NCBI GenBank assembly: GCA_043803945.1
Contig: JAZDJN010000042.1
Coordinates: 32,001 to 96,000 of the forward strand
From: a bacterium
GTDB taxonomy: Bacteria; Bacteroidota; Ignavibacteria; UBA10030
Reading direction: 5' to 3'
Length of the DNA: 64,000 nt
A program made the position numbers and the translations under genes. The notes below the pieces were generated by a model, which saw only the letters and a list, made by a program, of their open reading frames with translations, was not told the DNA's origin and ran no database searches. Below, in pieces: positions 19,673 through 30,733 of this stretch (positions are counted from its first letter, which is position 1; each line of letters starts with the position of its first letter).

Positions 19673-19798
19673 TAGTCAAATCATCATTTCCCCTCTTGAT
19701 CTCTCCAAAATACCCGCGAGAGCTTGATTCTATCCCATTCCTCCCATGTAAATACTTCGTGCTGCCTGCCCATCTATGCTACCTTGCCTGAGGTGGAA

Positions 19799-19836
19799 TA
19801 GGAAAGTTCTGATACAAAATTCAAGCGTCTACCGAT
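19799..19836 (+). promoter_or_regulatory. Bipartite operator upstream of the first MCP
   Basis: TAGG-AAAGTT-CTGA-N8-TCAA-N7-CCGAT; same architecture as 29232-29269. Confidence 0.6.
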
Positions 19837-19950
19837 TTTATTCAGATTTGTAAAACACGAAATTGCATACGAAAAATCTCAGGATTTCTCATCCAGCAAG
19901 CGAGCATTAGTAGCTCACAGAACAATTGGGAAAACAGGTGGATCGCTGCT

Positions 19951-21744
19951 ATGGACCATAAGAACATTCTATTTCGTTGGTTCTACAACATGAAAATTAA
20001 GACAAAGTTAATCGTGAGCATCACCATCGGATCGATCTTCGGAGGTGCCATTGGGGCAATCGGCTTATTCTTTATTTCGCACCTGCGATCGGACCTGGAG
20101 ACACTCAATCAGCAACAACTGCAACGGATGACTCAACTCTATCAGGTTACGATTAGCATTCAGGAATATCGGACGGAGATGGGACAGTTGATCTATGCGA
20201 AGACTCCTGAGGACCGAATCCAGGTTGAGGAACATGTAAAAAATCGAGCAGTTCAATTCAGTAAAGTACTGAAGAGCATTGAAGAGGCCACAAACTCAGA
20301 AAAGGAGAGAGGCCTCATCGCCAGTATCAAAGCGCAAGGTGATCAGATGAGACAGCACTTCCAGAGTCTTGTTGATCTTCCTCAGGCGAATCGGGTAAAA
20401 GGAATGAATTCGATAATGACCGGTCCGATGGATGCAACATCCATCGCGATAAATCAATCACTCGATCAATTACTCGAGATGTATCGCCTCTCACTAAAAA
20501 CTGTAACGGCGGAAAGTACGAACGCTGCACAAAGAGCTGAATTGATTCTTACGCTTGTTCTATCCTTAGCTGTCTTATCGGGACTGATCTGGGCCTTCAT
20601 CCTGGCAGGTATGGTTACAAAGCCCATCCACCGTCTTGTGAAGCAAATTGAAGAGGCTGACCTGAATCTCAATTTAAATTCACGCCGCAACGATGAAATA
20701 GGTCGGCTTATGCGTGCATTCGATGGATTCGTTCGGAAAATTCGAGTAACGATTACTGGTGTGGCAGAGATCACCGATGCTGTCACAAATATCTCTGCAG
20801 AACTCTCGGCCAGTACGATCTCGATGGCTTCGGGAGCTGAAGAACAAAGTACCCAGGCTACGGATGTCTCAGCATCGGTTGAGCAAATGAGTAAGACCAT
20901 CCTCGAGAATTCGCGCAACGCCAATGTTACCGTAGAGACAGCAACGACCGCCAAGAAAGCAGCAGAGGAAGGCGGGCTTGTTGTTGAAGAAAGTATTATC
21001 GCAATGAAACGGATTGCGGTGGTTGTAAAGCAGTCGGCGGAAACGGTTCGGGCGTTAGGGAAATCAAGCGATCAGATCGGAGCGATTGTCTCTGTTATTG
21101 ATGACATTGCGGATCAAACAAACCTGCTGGCATTGAATGCCGCTATTGAAGCTGCCCGTGCCGGTGAACAGGGGCGTGGCTTCGCCGTCGTTGCAGATGA
21201 AGTGCGGAAACTTGCCGAGCGTACGACAAAGGCAACAAAAGAGATAGCAGAGATGATCAGGAAGATCCAAAAGGATACATCTGAGGCGGTTCATTCGATG
21301 GAACAAGGAACGAAAGAAGTGGATCAAGGAATCAAACTTGTCGATGCGGCCGGTACCTCGTTGCGCACCATTATGGATGTATCGCACCAGGTGACGGAAA
21401 TGGTGGTGCATATCGCTTCTGCAAGTGAAGAACAAGCTCACGCCAGCGAATCGATTGCCAAGAGTGTTGAACAAATCAGTGTGGTAACACAGGAGAGTGC
21501 CGGCGGGATACAGCAAATTTCGCGTGCAACAGAAGATTTGGATAAACTAATTGAGTCGCTGAGACAGTTAATGAGTAATTTTAAAATTACTTCAGCACCG
21601 GAAAGCCTTGAATCGGCACATTCCGAAATTCCAGTCGCAGCACGGAACCGCTACAGCGGTGATACAATGGATCGCAAGAGCAGTGGATCCTGGCGACCGA
21701 GCCAAAAACAGGCAGAGCAACATCCTGTCCAACATCACGTTTAG
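19951..21744 (+). CDS. Methyl-accepting chemotaxis protein (4HB-like periplasmic domain)
   Basis: 2 TM, HAMP, hairpin tip [37 protein letters not shown]. Confidence 0.95.
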   Translation: MDHKNILFRWFYNMKIKTKLIVSITIGSIFGGAIGAIGLFFISHLRSDLETLNQQQLQRMTQLYQVTISIQEYRTEMGQLIYAKTPEDRIQVEEHVKNRAVQFSKVLKSIEEATNSEKERGLIASIKAQGDQMRQHFQSLVDLPQANRVKGMNSIMTGPMDATSIAINQSLDQLLEMYRLSLKTVTAESTNAAQRAELILTLVLSLAVLSGLIWAFILAGMVTKPIHRLVKQIEEADLNLNLNSRRNDEIGRLMRAFDGFVRKIRVTITGVAEITDAVTNISAELSASTISMASGAEEQSTQATDVSASVEQMSKTILENSRNANVTVETATTAKKAAEEGGLVVEESIIAMKRIAVVVKQSAETVRALGKSSDQIGAIVSVIDDIADQTNLLALNAAIEAARAGEQGRGFAVVADEVRKLAERTTKATKEIAEMIRKIQKDTSEAVHSMEQGTKEVDQGIKLVDAAGTSLRTIMDVSHQVTEMVVHIASASEEQAHASESIAKSVEQISVVTQESAGGIQQISRATEDLDKLIESLRQLMSNFKITSAPESLESAHSEIPVAARNRYSGDTMDRKSSGSWRPSQKQAEQHPVQHHV

Positions 21745-21767
21745 GAGAATTGTAAGGAGATTCCAAT

Positions 21768-23549
21768 ATGAATTGGCTATCAAGATTCAGGCTCCGTTCA
21801 CAAATCCTTGCTGTGTTTGCTATTCTTGCCATCGTGGTGGGTGTGTTCGGTTATGTGTCGATGAAAGATAATCAGGAAGTCGCAAACTCGGCTGCGGTAA
21901 TGTACAATCACAACGTCAAGTCGCTTGAGAAGTTGAACCAGGTGCTTGTCGTGCTTCAACGGATAAACAATGGCTACAATATGATGACCTTCTCGCGGAC
22001 AGCGGAAGAGGTAAGGCAGTTTGCAGAATCAGTAAAAGCTCAGAATATCGAACTCACAAGATTAATGACAGAACTTCTCGGACATTCTGAAGGGGGGCAG
22101 AAGCAGGCGCTGTCATCGTTGTCGGAGTCCGCAGGGTTATATACCCAGGTTTGTGAACGTATTGAGCCGCTGATGATCGCAAAAAATGTGAAGGAAGCTC
22201 GTACCGTCGTCATCGAGGAGGTCAATCTCGCTCGGTCCGGACTCGAAAGCAATATTATGGCTGTGGGAAAGCTCTTCTCTGAAGAGTCGAGAGTGAACGC
22301 AGAACAAGGCCAGGGGAAATTGGCACAACTTCAACTCACCACGGTTGCGGGTGCTCTCCTGGTGGTCTCCATCCTCATTATCTTCGGGCTGCTTATCAGT
22401 CGGTCCATTACAAAACCGATTCGTTCACTTGTCCATACTATTGACGCGGCCAATCTCCATACGGCCTTTAACTCCTCGAGGCACGATGAGATTGGAGATT
22501 TGATGCGTTCATTCGACAAATTTGTCGGAACGATAAAGGAAACACTCTTGAAAGTTGTTGAAGCAACAGCCTCTGTAGCAAGTGCCTCTTCTGAAATATC
22601 GGCGAGTACAGAACAGATGGCCGCCGGTGCACAGCAACAGAGTACACAAGCAAGCAATGTGGCAACCGGTGTCGAAGAGATGACAAAAACAATTTTTGAG
22701 AATTCACGCAACGCCGGCAGTACTGCCGAGACCGCCCGGTCGGCGCGTGAGGCGGCAGAACAGGGCGGTAGGGTGGTTACCGAATCAATGGGCGGGATGA
22801 TGAGAATTGCCGAAACGGTGAAGCAGTCTGCCGAGACTGTCAAGGCACTGGGAAGCTCAAGTCATCAGATTGGTGAAATCATCCTTGTGATTGATGACAT
22901 TGCTGATCAAACAAATCTCTTGGCACTCAATGCGGCGATCGAGGCGGCGCGGGCAGGTGAACAAGGGCGCGGATTTGCGGTCGTTGCGGATGAGGTCCGA
23001 AAGTTAGCTGAACGAACTACGAAGGCAACAAAAGAAATTGCTGAGACGATTAAGAAAATTCAATTAGACACAAAAGAGGCGGTGAATTCTATGGAGCAGG
23101 GTACCCTGGAGGTTGATAAGGGCATTAAAATGGCTGAAGATGCAGCAAATTCCCTGAATGAAATAGTGAATATTTCACAAACAGTGATGGAGAAGGTAGC
23201 ACATATTGCTGTGGCCAGCGAGCAGCAAGCCGGAGCAAGTGAGGAGATTTCCCGCAATGTCGAAGCCATCAGTCGTGTCACCGCGGAAACCGCAAATGGC
23301 ATTCAACAAATTGCGCGATCAGCTGAGGATTTGAACAGACTCACCGGCTCGCTGGAGAAATTAATAAGCAGGTTCTCCATCGAACAGGCACAACCTTCAG
23401 CAGCAAAAGGAACAGGAGGCTTACCTCTGGGCAGACCCCGCTTCAATGCTGTTAAAAGGGAACCGTTGTTCGCTGTCAGAGAGAATAGTAAGATTGTGCA
23501 TCATCATGAACCTGGAGTTCTTAAACAGACCCTGAAAGGGAAGGAGTAA
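21768..23549 (+). CDS. Methyl-accepting chemotaxis protein
   Basis: Same architecture and hairpin-tip motif. Confidence 0.95.
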   Translation: MNWLSRFRLRSQILAVFAILAIVVGVFGYVSMKDNQEVANSAAVMYNHNVKSLEKLNQVLVVLQRINNGYNMMTFSRTAEEVRQFAESVKAQNIELTRLMTELLGHSEGGQKQALSSLSESAGLYTQVCERIEPLMIAKNVKEARTVVIEEVNLARSGLESNIMAVGKLFSEESRVNAEQGQGKLAQLQLTTVAGALLVVSILIIFGLLISRSITKPIRSLVHTIDAANLHTAFNSSRHDEIGDLMRSFDKFVGTIKETLLKVVEATASVASASSEISASTEQMAAGAQQQSTQASNVATGVEEMTKTIFENSRNAGSTAETARSAREAAEQGGRVVTESMGGMMRIAETVKQSAETVKALGSSSHQIGEIILVIDDIADQTNLLALNAAIEAARAGEQGRGFAVVADEVRKLAERTTKATKEIAETIKKIQLDTKEAVNSMEQGTLEVDKGIKMAEDAANSLNEIVNISQTVMEKVAHIAVASEQQAGASEEISRNVEAISRVTAETANGIQQIARSAEDLNRLTGSLEKLISRFSIEQAQPSAAKGTGGLPLGRPRFNAVKREPLFAVRENSKIVHHHEPGVLKQTLKGKE

Positions 23550-23554
23550 GACGT

Positions 23555-24049
23555 ATGACCGACCGAAGAGATTCATCGGTAAAATCTCAGACGCATGATG
23601 TTTTACAGCTTGTCAGCTTTATGATCGGCAAGGAAGAATTTGGCGTCGATATTCTTAAAGTACAAGAGATTAATCGGATGGTAGAAATTACGCGAGTGCC
23701 AAACGCTCCTGCATTTGTTAGCGGCGTTATTAACCTCCGCGGTAAAGTCATCCCGATTGTCGACCTTCGGAAGCGATTCGGGACAGGCAAGGAAGAGAAC
23801 GATAAGGACACCCGGATCATCGTTGTTGAGTTAACCGGGAAGGTGATCGGCTTCATCGTCGATGCCGTGAATGAAGTGCTCAGGATCCCCAAGAGCGTTA
23901 CTGAACCGCCGCCGCCGATTGTTGCAGGAATTGGATCCGAATACATCCATGCAGTGGCAAAGCTGGAAGATCGGTTGCTCATCCTCATCGATCTTGAGAA
24001 GATTTTGCATGCCACGGAAAAGGATGCTCTTGTTGAGGTTGCTGCATAG
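23555..24049 (+). CDS. cheW: Chemotaxis coupling protein CheW
   Basis: EFGVDILKVQEI..VPNAP..GVINLRGKVIPIVDLR..GFIVDAVNEV. Confidence 0.95.
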   Translation: MTDRRDSSVKSQTHDVLQLVSFMIGKEEFGVDILKVQEINRMVEITRVPNAPAFVSGVINLRGKVIPIVDLRKRFGTGKEENDKDTRIIVVELTGKVIGFIVDAVNEVLRIPKSVTEPPPPIVAGIGSEYIHAVAKLEDRLLILIDLEKILHATEKDALVEVAA

Positions 24050-24112
24050 CGTCATGGCTGGAACCTGGAGGCAACGCCTAAAAAAGTATAAGAATTCTAA
24101 GAGGAGTCTACT

Positions 24113-25885
24113 ATGAAATGGTTTTATAATCTCAAAATTCGGACAAAATTGCTGCTGAGCTCACTCTTTATGGTTGTTATCGCGGGATCGATTGGTATCG
24201 TGGGATTCTTGAATACAACAACATTAAGCAAAGCGACTAATAATATCTATTCCAATGAAATCCAGCACTCGACAAGGCTTCAGGGCTTGAGTACGGCATT
24301 TCAGCGGATGCACAGTGATTTTATACTCGTTGTTCTGGGGAGAACAGAGGAAGAGAAAATGGTCTATGCCCAGAAAGCAGAGATGCGGAATGGTGAAATG
24401 TGGCGGTTTGCCTCGGAGATTGAGCAGGATCTGGAGACTCCTGAGGAAAAGCAGGCGTTCAAGAAATTCAGGGATGCAATTGATGTACTGAGCGTTCAGC
24501 GTGAAAATGTTGTGGATCTCGTCACATCGAATAAAATTAAGGAAGCCAAAGAGTTGCTGTATGGCGGTGTGGAACAAACGCGACAGTCTATGCATGAAGC
24601 ATTGATGAAATTAGTCGATATCAACCTGGAAGCATCGCGAAGCGCAGCAGAACGGGCCGTTGCCAATGCGGGGTATGCTAAACTGCTCATCACTATCGTT
24701 CTGGCAACAGGGATTATCGTGGCAATTTTTCTTGGATTCTTTATCGCGCGTACGGTCAGCAGTCCGGTGAATATGGTTGTCAGGAGTATCAGAAATGCCG
24801 ATCTCAACACGTCATTCCAATCCCAGCGGAAGGATGAAGTGGGTGATCTCATGAGGGCGTTCGATGATTTTGTGCTGGCAATAAAAAATACTCTCATCAA
24901 AGTGATGGAGGCTGCTACTGCAGTCGCAAGTGCATCTGCTGAAATTTCTGCCAGTACAGAACAGATGGCCGCAGGTGCTCAGGAACAGAGCACACAAGCA
25001 ACAGATGTCTCCTCGGGTGTTGAACAGATGACCAAAACGATTTACGACAACGCGAAAAATGCGGCAAGCACAACCGATACGGCCAACGAGGCAAAACAAG
25101 CTGCTAAGCAGGGCGGCAAGGTGGTAAAGGAAAGCATCGATGCCATGCGTCGTATCGCCCATGTCGTAAAAGAGTCCGCAGAGACAGTCCGTGCTCTTGG
25201 AAAATCGAGCAACCAAATTGGGGAAATCGTCTCCGTGATTGATGATATCGCCGATCAAACCAATTTGCTCGCTCTGAACGCCGCCATTGAAGCAGCCCGG
25301 GCTGGTGATCAGGGACGTGGTTTTGCCGTTGTCGCTGATGAAGTACGTCGATTGGCCGAACGTACGACGAAGGCAACAAAAGAAATCGCCGAGATGATCA
25401 GAAAGATTCAGCGGGATACCTCGGAAGCCGTTCATTCGATGGAAAAAGGGACGAAGGAAGTTGACCAGGGAATCAAACTTGCAGATGCTGCGGGCAATTC
25501 CTTGAGATCAATCGTGGAGATCTCTCAGGTTGTTACGGATAAGGTTGCTCAGATCGCTGCTGCGAGCGAACAGCAGGCAGGTGCGAGTGAAGAAATCTCG
25601 AGGAACGTCGAAGCGATCAGTGCGGTCACACAAGAAACAGCAAGCGGGATACAGCAGATTGCCAGGACTGCCGATGATATGAATAAGCTCACGGAAGCAC
25701 TCCAGCAATTGATCCAAAATTTCAAGATTCATTCCGCAGAAGATAGTGCAAAAGTATCCCCGGGAGTAACCTCCTTCAACCAGGAAGACAATGCTCAAGG
25801 CTATTCGGGGAAATCGTTTCTGAAAGGGATTTTTGATCAGTTGAAAGGGAAAATTTCAAAACACGTTGAACGTGAGCCTGCCTGA
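24113..25885 (+). CDS. Methyl-accepting chemotaxis protein
   Basis: Same architecture and hairpin-tip motif. Confidence 0.95.
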   Translation: MKWFYNLKIRTKLLLSSLFMVVIAGSIGIVGFLNTTTLSKATNNIYSNEIQHSTRLQGLSTAFQRMHSDFILVVLGRTEEEKMVYAQKAEMRNGEMWRFASEIEQDLETPEEKQAFKKFRDAIDVLSVQRENVVDLVTSNKIKEAKELLYGGVEQTRQSMHEALMKLVDINLEASRSAAERAVANAGYAKLLITIVLATGIIVAIFLGFFIARTVSSPVNMVVRSIRNADLNTSFQSQRKDEVGDLMRAFDDFVLAIKNTLIKVMEAATAVASASAEISASTEQMAAGAQEQSTQATDVSSGVEQMTKTIYDNAKNAASTTDTANEAKQAAKQGGKVVKESIDAMRRIAHVVKESAETVRALGKSSNQIGEIVSVIDDIADQTNLLALNAAIEAARAGDQGRGFAVVADEVRRLAERTTKATKEIAEMIRKIQRDTSEAVHSMEKGTKEVDQGIKLADAAGNSLRSIVEISQVVTDKVAQIAAASEQQAGASEEISRNVEAISAVTQETASGIQQIARTADDMNKLTEALQQLIQNFKIHSAEDSAKVSPGVTSFNQEDNAQGYSGKSFLKGIFDQLKGKISKHVEREPA

Positions 25886-25938
25886 TACCGGAAGGCTTTC
25901 GTTTCACTATCACCTCATTAATAATTGTGGTTAGTCCT

Positions 25939-26313
25939 ATGAAAAAAATGTATTTCGTACTACTGTTGCTGGCAGTTCTGAGCGCAACAGTGGTGGCACA
26001 ACAGGCCGGAGACGATGAAAATACCCCACCGCCGGAGTATGTTCCTTACGATAAAGCCCCGGAGCCTGTCAAAATGGTACAGCCGAAATACCCATCCATT
26101 GCAATTCAGAAAAAAGTTCAGGGAACGGTCTGGGTTTCCATGTGGGTCACGAAGAGCGGCGTCGTGAAAAAAGTCGATATTGCCAAGACCGATAGCCCCT
26201 TTCTCAATCAGGCAGCAATAGACGCGGCGATGCAATGGACGTTTACACCGGCAACGATCAGGAATTTACCGGTTGCCGTGTGGGTGAAATTGCCGTTTAA
26301 ATTCAGATTGTGA
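25939..26313 (+). CDS. Exported TonB C-terminal-domain protein
   Basis: Signal peptide MKKMYFVLLLLAVLSATVVA; P.YP..A...VQGTV.V...V...G.V..AAIDAAMQW.FTPA..PV.V...F.F.L. Confidence 0.8.
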   Translation: MKKMYFVLLLLAVLSATVVAQQAGDDENTPPPEYVPYDKAPEPVKMVQPKYPSIAIQKKVQGTVWVSMWVTKSGVVKKVDIAKTDSPFLNQAAIDAAMQWTFTPATIRNLPVAVWVKLPFKFRL

Positions 26314-26395
26314 TCGGAGTAACACAATACTTCAGAATCTGGGTCAGGTATCCAGGAGTATTGATCTCACGCTATGAAGAGAAAGTTCTAGACGT

Positions 26396-27829
26396 ATGAC
26401 GAGCTCAATGAGGGAACTCATTACAATTCTGCTGACGCACGAAGATATTGACACGCGGAGGAATGCAGCAGAAGAACTTGCCGAGTCGAAGGAAATGCCG
26501 GCAATAACCGCCCTTACGACGGTACTCGAAGATAACAGTACCGGTGTGCGCGATGCAGCAGCCCGATCGCTGCTTTCCATCGGCGGCCCAACGGTTGCCC
26601 GGGCGATTGCTAATTATATTGCGAATGAGAATATCACCACTCGCAATCTCGCCGCAAAACTGCTTATGCAACTGGGTGCAGCATCGATTCCCGCACTCCT
26701 CCCGTTTGTGCAGGATCCCAACAAGGATACGCGGAAATTTGCCGTTGATATTCTTGGAGAGATTCGGAACAGCGGCTGTGTGTATTACCTGTTGCCATTA
26801 TTGCAGGATGACGATTCAAATGTCATCTGCTCGACACTTGAGGCACTGGGGAATATCAAGAGCGTCCAGGCGATTCCCGCAATCTGTGAAGCGTTTGAGG
26901 CGCATCCCTTCGCACGGACAGCTGCTGCAGAAGCGTTAGGAAAAATTGCCAATCCGAATGCGAAAGAGTTTTTGTTGACAAAGTTGAAAGGCGGCCTTGA
27001 AGAGCGGCTCTATGAACCGATTGAGCTTTTTGCAATCCTTGAGGCGATTGGAAACGTCGGTGATCAGAAAGTAGTCAACTATCTGTTGGAGCATGCCAGG
27101 GATGTAGAAGGGAAGTTGCGAAATATGCTTCTGCATGCCGCGGTACAAATTATCGAGCAGCAGGAAACAGCGTTTCATTTCCCGGCTGCACTCCGTTCTG
27201 GCTTCCTGAGCGCACTGCAGGATGATGATGAGAATATCCGTATTAGTGCTGTCAAGGGGCTGTCGCAATTTGAAGAGCAAGATGTTACCCGGGCATTACT
27301 GAGCGTGCTGGGAATTTCTGAAGAGCTAGATTTTCTCCTCTTCTCTGAGCTTCTTGGCCGAGACGATGTCTTCCGTATGGCGGTTGATGCCCTCGAGGAA
27401 GCGAGAATCCGTTGTAAGAAAGAATTGATCCTTCTCATTGGCAAATTGGCGTTTGAAGCCATTCGCCGCTATAAATATTTCAAGAGTTACCAGATTGATG
27501 GATCATTGGTGCAGCGTGCCTTTGAGCTGATTATGAATGAATGGCGGCTGGCTGACCAGGAAGTTCGCTCCATCATTCTCGATACACTATTCCGCCTGAA
27601 TGGCGATCAGGCAGTGGAACGAATGAATCAGATCGTCTCTGACCCGGATCCCTGGATTCGCGTGCATGTCATCGAGCTGCTATCCGATGTCAAGGATCAG
27701 CGCGCAGCGATCTTTATTGCACAATTTCTCAATGATGATGATGAAATGGTTCGGGAGGCGGCAATCTCAAATTTGCAGGCGCGCGGTATTGCAATCGATA
27801 TCCCTCAATGGGGCGAACCCGAGTATTAA
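26396..27829 (+). CDS. HEAT/PBS-lyase-like repeat protein
   Basis: Repeated D.D..VR..AA..LG motifs throughout. Confidence 0.88.
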   Translation: MTSSMRELITILLTHEDIDTRRNAAEELAESKEMPAITALTTVLEDNSTGVRDAAARSLLSIGGPTVARAIANYIANENITTRNLAAKLLMQLGAASIPALLPFVQDPNKDTRKFAVDILGEIRNSGCVYYLLPLLQDDDSNVICSTLEALGNIKSVQAIPAICEAFEAHPFARTAAAEALGKIANPNAKEFLLTKLKGGLEERLYEPIELFAILEAIGNVGDQKVVNYLLEHARDVEGKLRNMLLHAAVQIIEQQETAFHFPAALRSGFLSALQDDDENIRISAVKGLSQFEEQDVTRALLSVLGISEELDFLLFSELLGRDDVFRMAVDALEEARIRCKKELILLIGKLAFEAIRRYKYFKSYQIDGSLVQRAFELIMNEWRLADQEVRSIILDTLFRLNGDQAVERMNQIVSDPDPWIRVHVIELLSDVKDQRAAIFIAQFLNDDDEMVREAAISNLQARGIAIDIPQWGEPEY

Positions 27830-27864
27830 TTCCAAGACTTCCTGGCAGTGGAGAGCAAACGACA

Positions 27865-28746
27865 GTGCTACAACCAATACCTTCTGTGACACCTTCTCGG
27901 TTATCGACAGGGCCTCTCCTGGACGACTTGACCTTCTATGCTCTGCGCGAATTTATCTATGAGCGTACCGGAATATTTTTCCCGGATAAGAAAAAATATC
28001 TGATTGAAGGAAGGCTTGGAAAACGATTACAGATACTCAAACTCGAAAGCTTCGAGGATTACATCCAATTACTGAAATATGGACGTAAGAAGGATGAAGA
28101 ATTTGATTATCTCTGCGAAGCGATCACCATTAACGAGACATTCTTCTTCCGGAATGAGCCCCAATTTGATGCGATTGAACAGACTGTTATCCCGGAGTTG
28201 GTACGTGCAAAGCAGGCCCAGCTCTCCCCCAAAATCCGCATCTGGAGTGCAGGTTGTTCCTCAGGCGAGGAGCCATACACGCTGGCAATGATATTTCTAG
28301 AATGTCTGAAACCCAAATATCCCTCCCTGAGTCTGGAAATCGTTGGGACTGATATAAACGGTTCGGTTCTTCAGATAGCACGACGGGCGATCTATAGTGA
28401 ATATTCCATTCGTAACATGCCACAGGCATTTCTTGAGAAATATTTTTCTGTTGAAAATGGCCGGTACGTGCTTCGCCCTGACTTGAAGCAGATGGTGAGC
28501 TTTCGTTATCTCAACCTCTATGATCGTACCCAGATGAAAACGATGCGCAATTTCGATATCATTCTCTGTCGGAATGTGCTCATCTATTTTGACTTAAAAT
28601 CCAAAATTCAGGTTGTTTCAGATCTCTATGGCAGCCTGAACTATGGAGGAGCACTCTTCATCGGCTATTCTGAATTACTGCATGGAATCTCGACTGCCTT
28701 TAAGGTGAAGAGCCTCGTAAAGACAACAGCATATAAAAAGGAGTAA
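27865..28746 (+). CDS. cheR: Chemotaxis methyltransferase CheR
   Basis: TINETFFFR, IRIWSAGCSSGEEPYT, GTDI, CRNVLIYF. Start uncertain (GTG 27865 preferred over ATG 27808). Confidence 0.93.
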   Translation: MLQPIPSVTPSRLSTGPLLDDLTFYALREFIYERTGIFFPDKKKYLIEGRLGKRLQILKLESFEDYIQLLKYGRKKDEEFDYLCEAITINETFFFRNEPQFDAIEQTVIPELVRAKQAQLSPKIRIWSAGCSSGEEPYTLAMIFLECLKPKYPSLSLEIVGTDINGSVLQIARRAIYSEYSIRNMPQAFLEKYFSVENGRYVLRPDLKQMVSFRYLNLYDRTQMKTMRNFDIILCRNVLIYFDLKSKIQVVSDLYGSLNYGGALFIGYSELLHGISTAFKVKSLVKTTAYKKE

Positions 28747-28755
28747 TCAAATACT

Positions 28756-29121
28756 ATGGCTACAAGTATTCTTGTTGTGGATGACTCAGCAACTGTTCGC
28801 AAGTTTGTTGCAACGGCACTGAATCTGAAGGGGTACCAGGTAATCACAGCATCGGACGGGATGGAGGCCCTTGAAAAAATGCCTCTCCAGCGGATTGACC
28901 TGATCATCACTGATCTCAATATGCCCGATATGGACGGCTTTGAGTTTATTCGGACTGTCAAAGATACACCCGAATATTGTGAGATTCCCATCATCATTCT
29001 CTCCTCCGTTTCTGATATGGAATCGAAGGAAAAAGGATTAAAATTGGGCGCTTATTCGTATGTCGAAAAGCCCTTCAGTGCCGATAAAATTCAGGAAGAA
29101 GTTCGAAGGTTCCTGGTTTGA
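28756..29121 (+). CDS. CheY-like single-domain response regulator
   Basis: VVDDSATVR..TDLNMPDMDG..LSS..EKPF. Confidence 0.9.
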   Translation: MATSILVVDDSATVRKFVATALNLKGYQVITASDGMEALEKMPLQRIDLIITDLNMPDMDGFEFIRTVKDTPEYCEIPIIILSSVSDMESKEKGLKLGAYSYVEKPFSADKIQEEVRRFLV

Positions 29122-29231
29122 TATCAAGATATTCTATTTTTTCGTCTATTTTTTGAGCATTGTTAACCAGTCAGCCTGCCAGGGGGCATTGATTGGAGGT
29201 TCAAAAAAACCATCCACTCACCTACTCCTTA

Positions 29232-29297
29232 TAGGATATTTCTTAGAGAAGAATCAAAGCGTAGCCGATTTCTTACACACCAGGTATGTTCTATATT
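29232..29297 (+). promoter_or_regulatory. Bipartite operator plus -10 element (internal promoter for cheY-cheZ-cheZ-cheA...)
   Basis: TAGG-ATATTT-CTTA-N8-TCAA-N7-CCGAT (29232-29269), then TATATT at 29292-29297. Confidence 0.6.
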
Positions 29298-29406
29298 AGT
29301 GCCAGATCCTAGAGCAGATACTATGGCAGTCAAAAAAAACTTCAAGAGCATCAATATTAAATCGAATTTCATTCCACACTCAAATCACTAGTAGAGGGGC
29401 ATCACG

Positions 29407-29799
29407 ATGCTAGCACTCAGATTCCTTATCGTCGATGATTCAATCACCATCCGACGCATCATCATCAATGCTTTAAAAGCGATTGGCTATGCGAACACGC
29501 TCGAGGCCGCCAATGGCAAAGAAGCAATGCAAAAACTGGCCGAGAACGGAATAGATTTTATTATTACCGATTGGAACATGCCGGAGATGAATGGGTTGGA
29601 ATTCACCAAAGCTGTCCGTGCAAGTAATGCAACGGCAGAGCTGCCGATTCTTATGATCACCACCCGTGGTACAGAAAGCGATGTCATCGAGGCATTGCAG
29701 GCTCGTGTGAACAGCTACATTGTCAAACCGTTCACGCCTCAGGAGCTGAGAGAAAAAATCGATGAGATATTGAAATCCATGAAAACTCAGGCTGCATAA
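29407..29799 (+). CDS. cheY: Chemotaxis response regulator CheY
   Basis: IVDDSITIRRII..TDWNMPEMNG..ITT..YIVKPF. Confidence 0.9.
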   Translation: MLALRFLIVDDSITIRRIIINALKAIGYANTLEAANGKEAMQKLAENGIDFIITDWNMPEMNGLEFTKAVRASNATAELPILMITTRGTESDVIEALQARVNSYIVKPFTPQELREKIDEILKSMKTQAA

Positions 29800-29901
29800 C
29801 AAACAGGTGGACGTGGTGAAAAAAACAATCGTAATAAGTGAACGACCAGATCTCAGCGGAAGTCAATGCTGCATGGTTCAACACGAAGGAGCGGGTACGC
29901 T

Positions 29902-30675
29902 ATGAATCCCCAACAGTTAGACAATGTCCTTCAGAAGGTTTCGGAACTGAAAGTGTTCTTCGACTTTGGCGAGCGAACGCTGCCATTGTTGGAAGAAGTG
30001 GCAACATTCACGCAGGAGATCGGCCCAGTCATAGAAGGAATCAAATCGCTGGTCGATGTCACATCGCAAAAATTGCCCAAAGCGGCGGAGCAATTAGGCC
30101 GAGTGAACCAATTTGCCGAACGGGCCTCAAATGATATCCTCAATACAGTCGATAAAATGGTGGCTACAATTGAGGGAATGCAAACACCCGATCATAACCG
30201 CGTGGTTGGCGATCTGGTCGATGATACGACTAAGAAAGTGAGTTCGATCGTAGATTCTCTGGCGAGGCGGTTTGGCAATGATGAAGACATCATCGAGCTC
30301 CTGAATGCATGGGATCTCCATTCTCAGAGCTTGAGTGCGTTAAATACGCCAACGACGATGCAAATGAAATTGGAGAGCCTCCGTGAGGATTGCACCAATA
30401 TCATGATGTCACTGCAGGTGCAGGATATCACCGGTCAGCAAATTGCTTCCGTGATCGGCTTAATGCAGGCGGTTGACGATGTCCTCCGCAAACTGCTGAC
30501 GGAGGTTTCTGATATTATCCAATTCACTCAACCCGAGCAGCCGGTTGTCATTCTTCCCTCCACGGAATATGTTGGCATGGATGAACGGAAGAAGATGGTT
30601 GATTCTCTTCTTCGGAAGGCACGAACGGGAGATCTTTCGATAGAGAACGGCGGCAGTTCAGAGAAGAATAGTTAA
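29902..30675 (+). CDS. cheZ: CheZ-like phosphatase 1
   Basis: Helical; L..V....E.A...IL..V and IMMSLQVQDITGQQI (catalytic DxxxQ); AAGGAG RBS before ATG 29902. Confidence 0.75.
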   Translation: MNPQQLDNVLQKVSELKVFFDFGERTLPLLEEVATFTQEIGPVIEGIKSLVDVTSQKLPKAAEQLGRVNQFAERASNDILNTVDKMVATIEGMQTPDHNRVVGDLVDDTTKKVSSIVDSLARRFGNDEDIIELLNAWDLHSQSLSALNTPTTMQMKLESLREDCTNIMMSLQVQDITGQQIASVIGLMQAVDDVLRKLLTEVSDIIQFTQPEQPVVILPSTEYVGMDERKKMVDSLLRKARTGDLSIENGGSSEKNS

Positions 30676-30733
30676 GTGCACGTGAACCTAGTTCTGATCA
30701 TTGAATTCAACTACCAATACTCGTAGGTATATC

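Noticed and set aside
19821-29272. Sigma28 (FliA) promoter reading of (G/A)CCGAT at 19831 and 29264
   Set aside because: No TAAA at the 15-nt spacing in either copy; the shared upstream palindrome fits a LuxR/NarL operator better, though this is not fully excluded
29323-29391. 22-codon ORF MAVKKNFKSINIKSNFIPHSNH ahead of cheY
   Set aside because: Weak RBS, no compositional signal, no associated terminator; cannot be supported
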